From: an uncultured candidate division Zixibacteria bacterium
Lineage (GTDB): Bacteria; Zixibacteria; MSB-5A5; GN15; PGXB01
Assembly: GCA_963702205.1 (NCBI GenBank)
Contig: OY969724.1
Coordinates: 2,240,001 to 2,304,000 of the forward strand
Direction of reading: 5' to 3'
DNA length: 64,000 bases
Position numbers and translations under genes: made by a program. The notes beneath the pieces are model-generated. The model worked only from the letters and a program-made list of their open reading frames with translations, made no database searches and had not been told where the DNA came from. Shown piece by piece: positions 63,933 to 64,000 of the stretch; position 1 is the first letter of the stretch, and every line of letters starts with the position of its first letter.

Positions 63933-64000
63933 ATGGACGGCGATTTGAGTGAGGCTTCGCTCTATTTCACGTTTTTTTTTATCATAAAACCGATTGACAC

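Noticed and set aside
62388..64000. Possible integrated element after tRNA-Arg(CCT)
   Set aside because: No integrase and no duplicated tRNA 3' end within the window; cannot be excluded beyond the edge.

Overview
A core-genome window from a bacterium of roughly 50% GC (estimated by eye). Gene content and order would fit an FCB-associated candidate lineage such as Zixibacteria, but that placement is inference only. Almost everything is on the + strand. 1-23.2 kb holds housekeeping genes: purC, purH, smg-like, coaBC, udg, dnaB, mlaE/mlaF-like, radA, tgt, two unknown envelope proteins, uppS, cdsA, a UbiA-family prenyltransferase, an NlpC/P60 lipoprotein, uvrC, xseAB, ispA, a frameshifted dxs, nadK and a Yip1 protein. 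23.3-56.6 kb is an uninterrupted translation/transcription super-cluster: tRNA-Gly, tRNA-Thr, tuf, tRNA-Trp, secE, nusG, rplKAJL, rpoBC, the str genes with a second tuf, and the S10, spc and alpha clusters. 56.7-64 kb holds plsY, gpsA, a MerR regulator, two tRNA-Pro genes, a frameshifted GT2, surE, a LOG-like protein, acyP, apt, tRNA-Arg and two unknowns. I see no mobile element, CRISPR array or defence island. The most interesting signals are non-coding: a candidate two-state RNA switch over the ribosome-binding site of a divergent, EF-G2-like fusA; a pseudoknot candidate between rplJ and rplL; a structured rpoB leader; and several apparently leaderless genes. The UbiA gene coupled to uppS-cdsA and the long ribosomal-protein tails are also worth checking. 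All RNA pairings were found by hand and have not been computationally folded.
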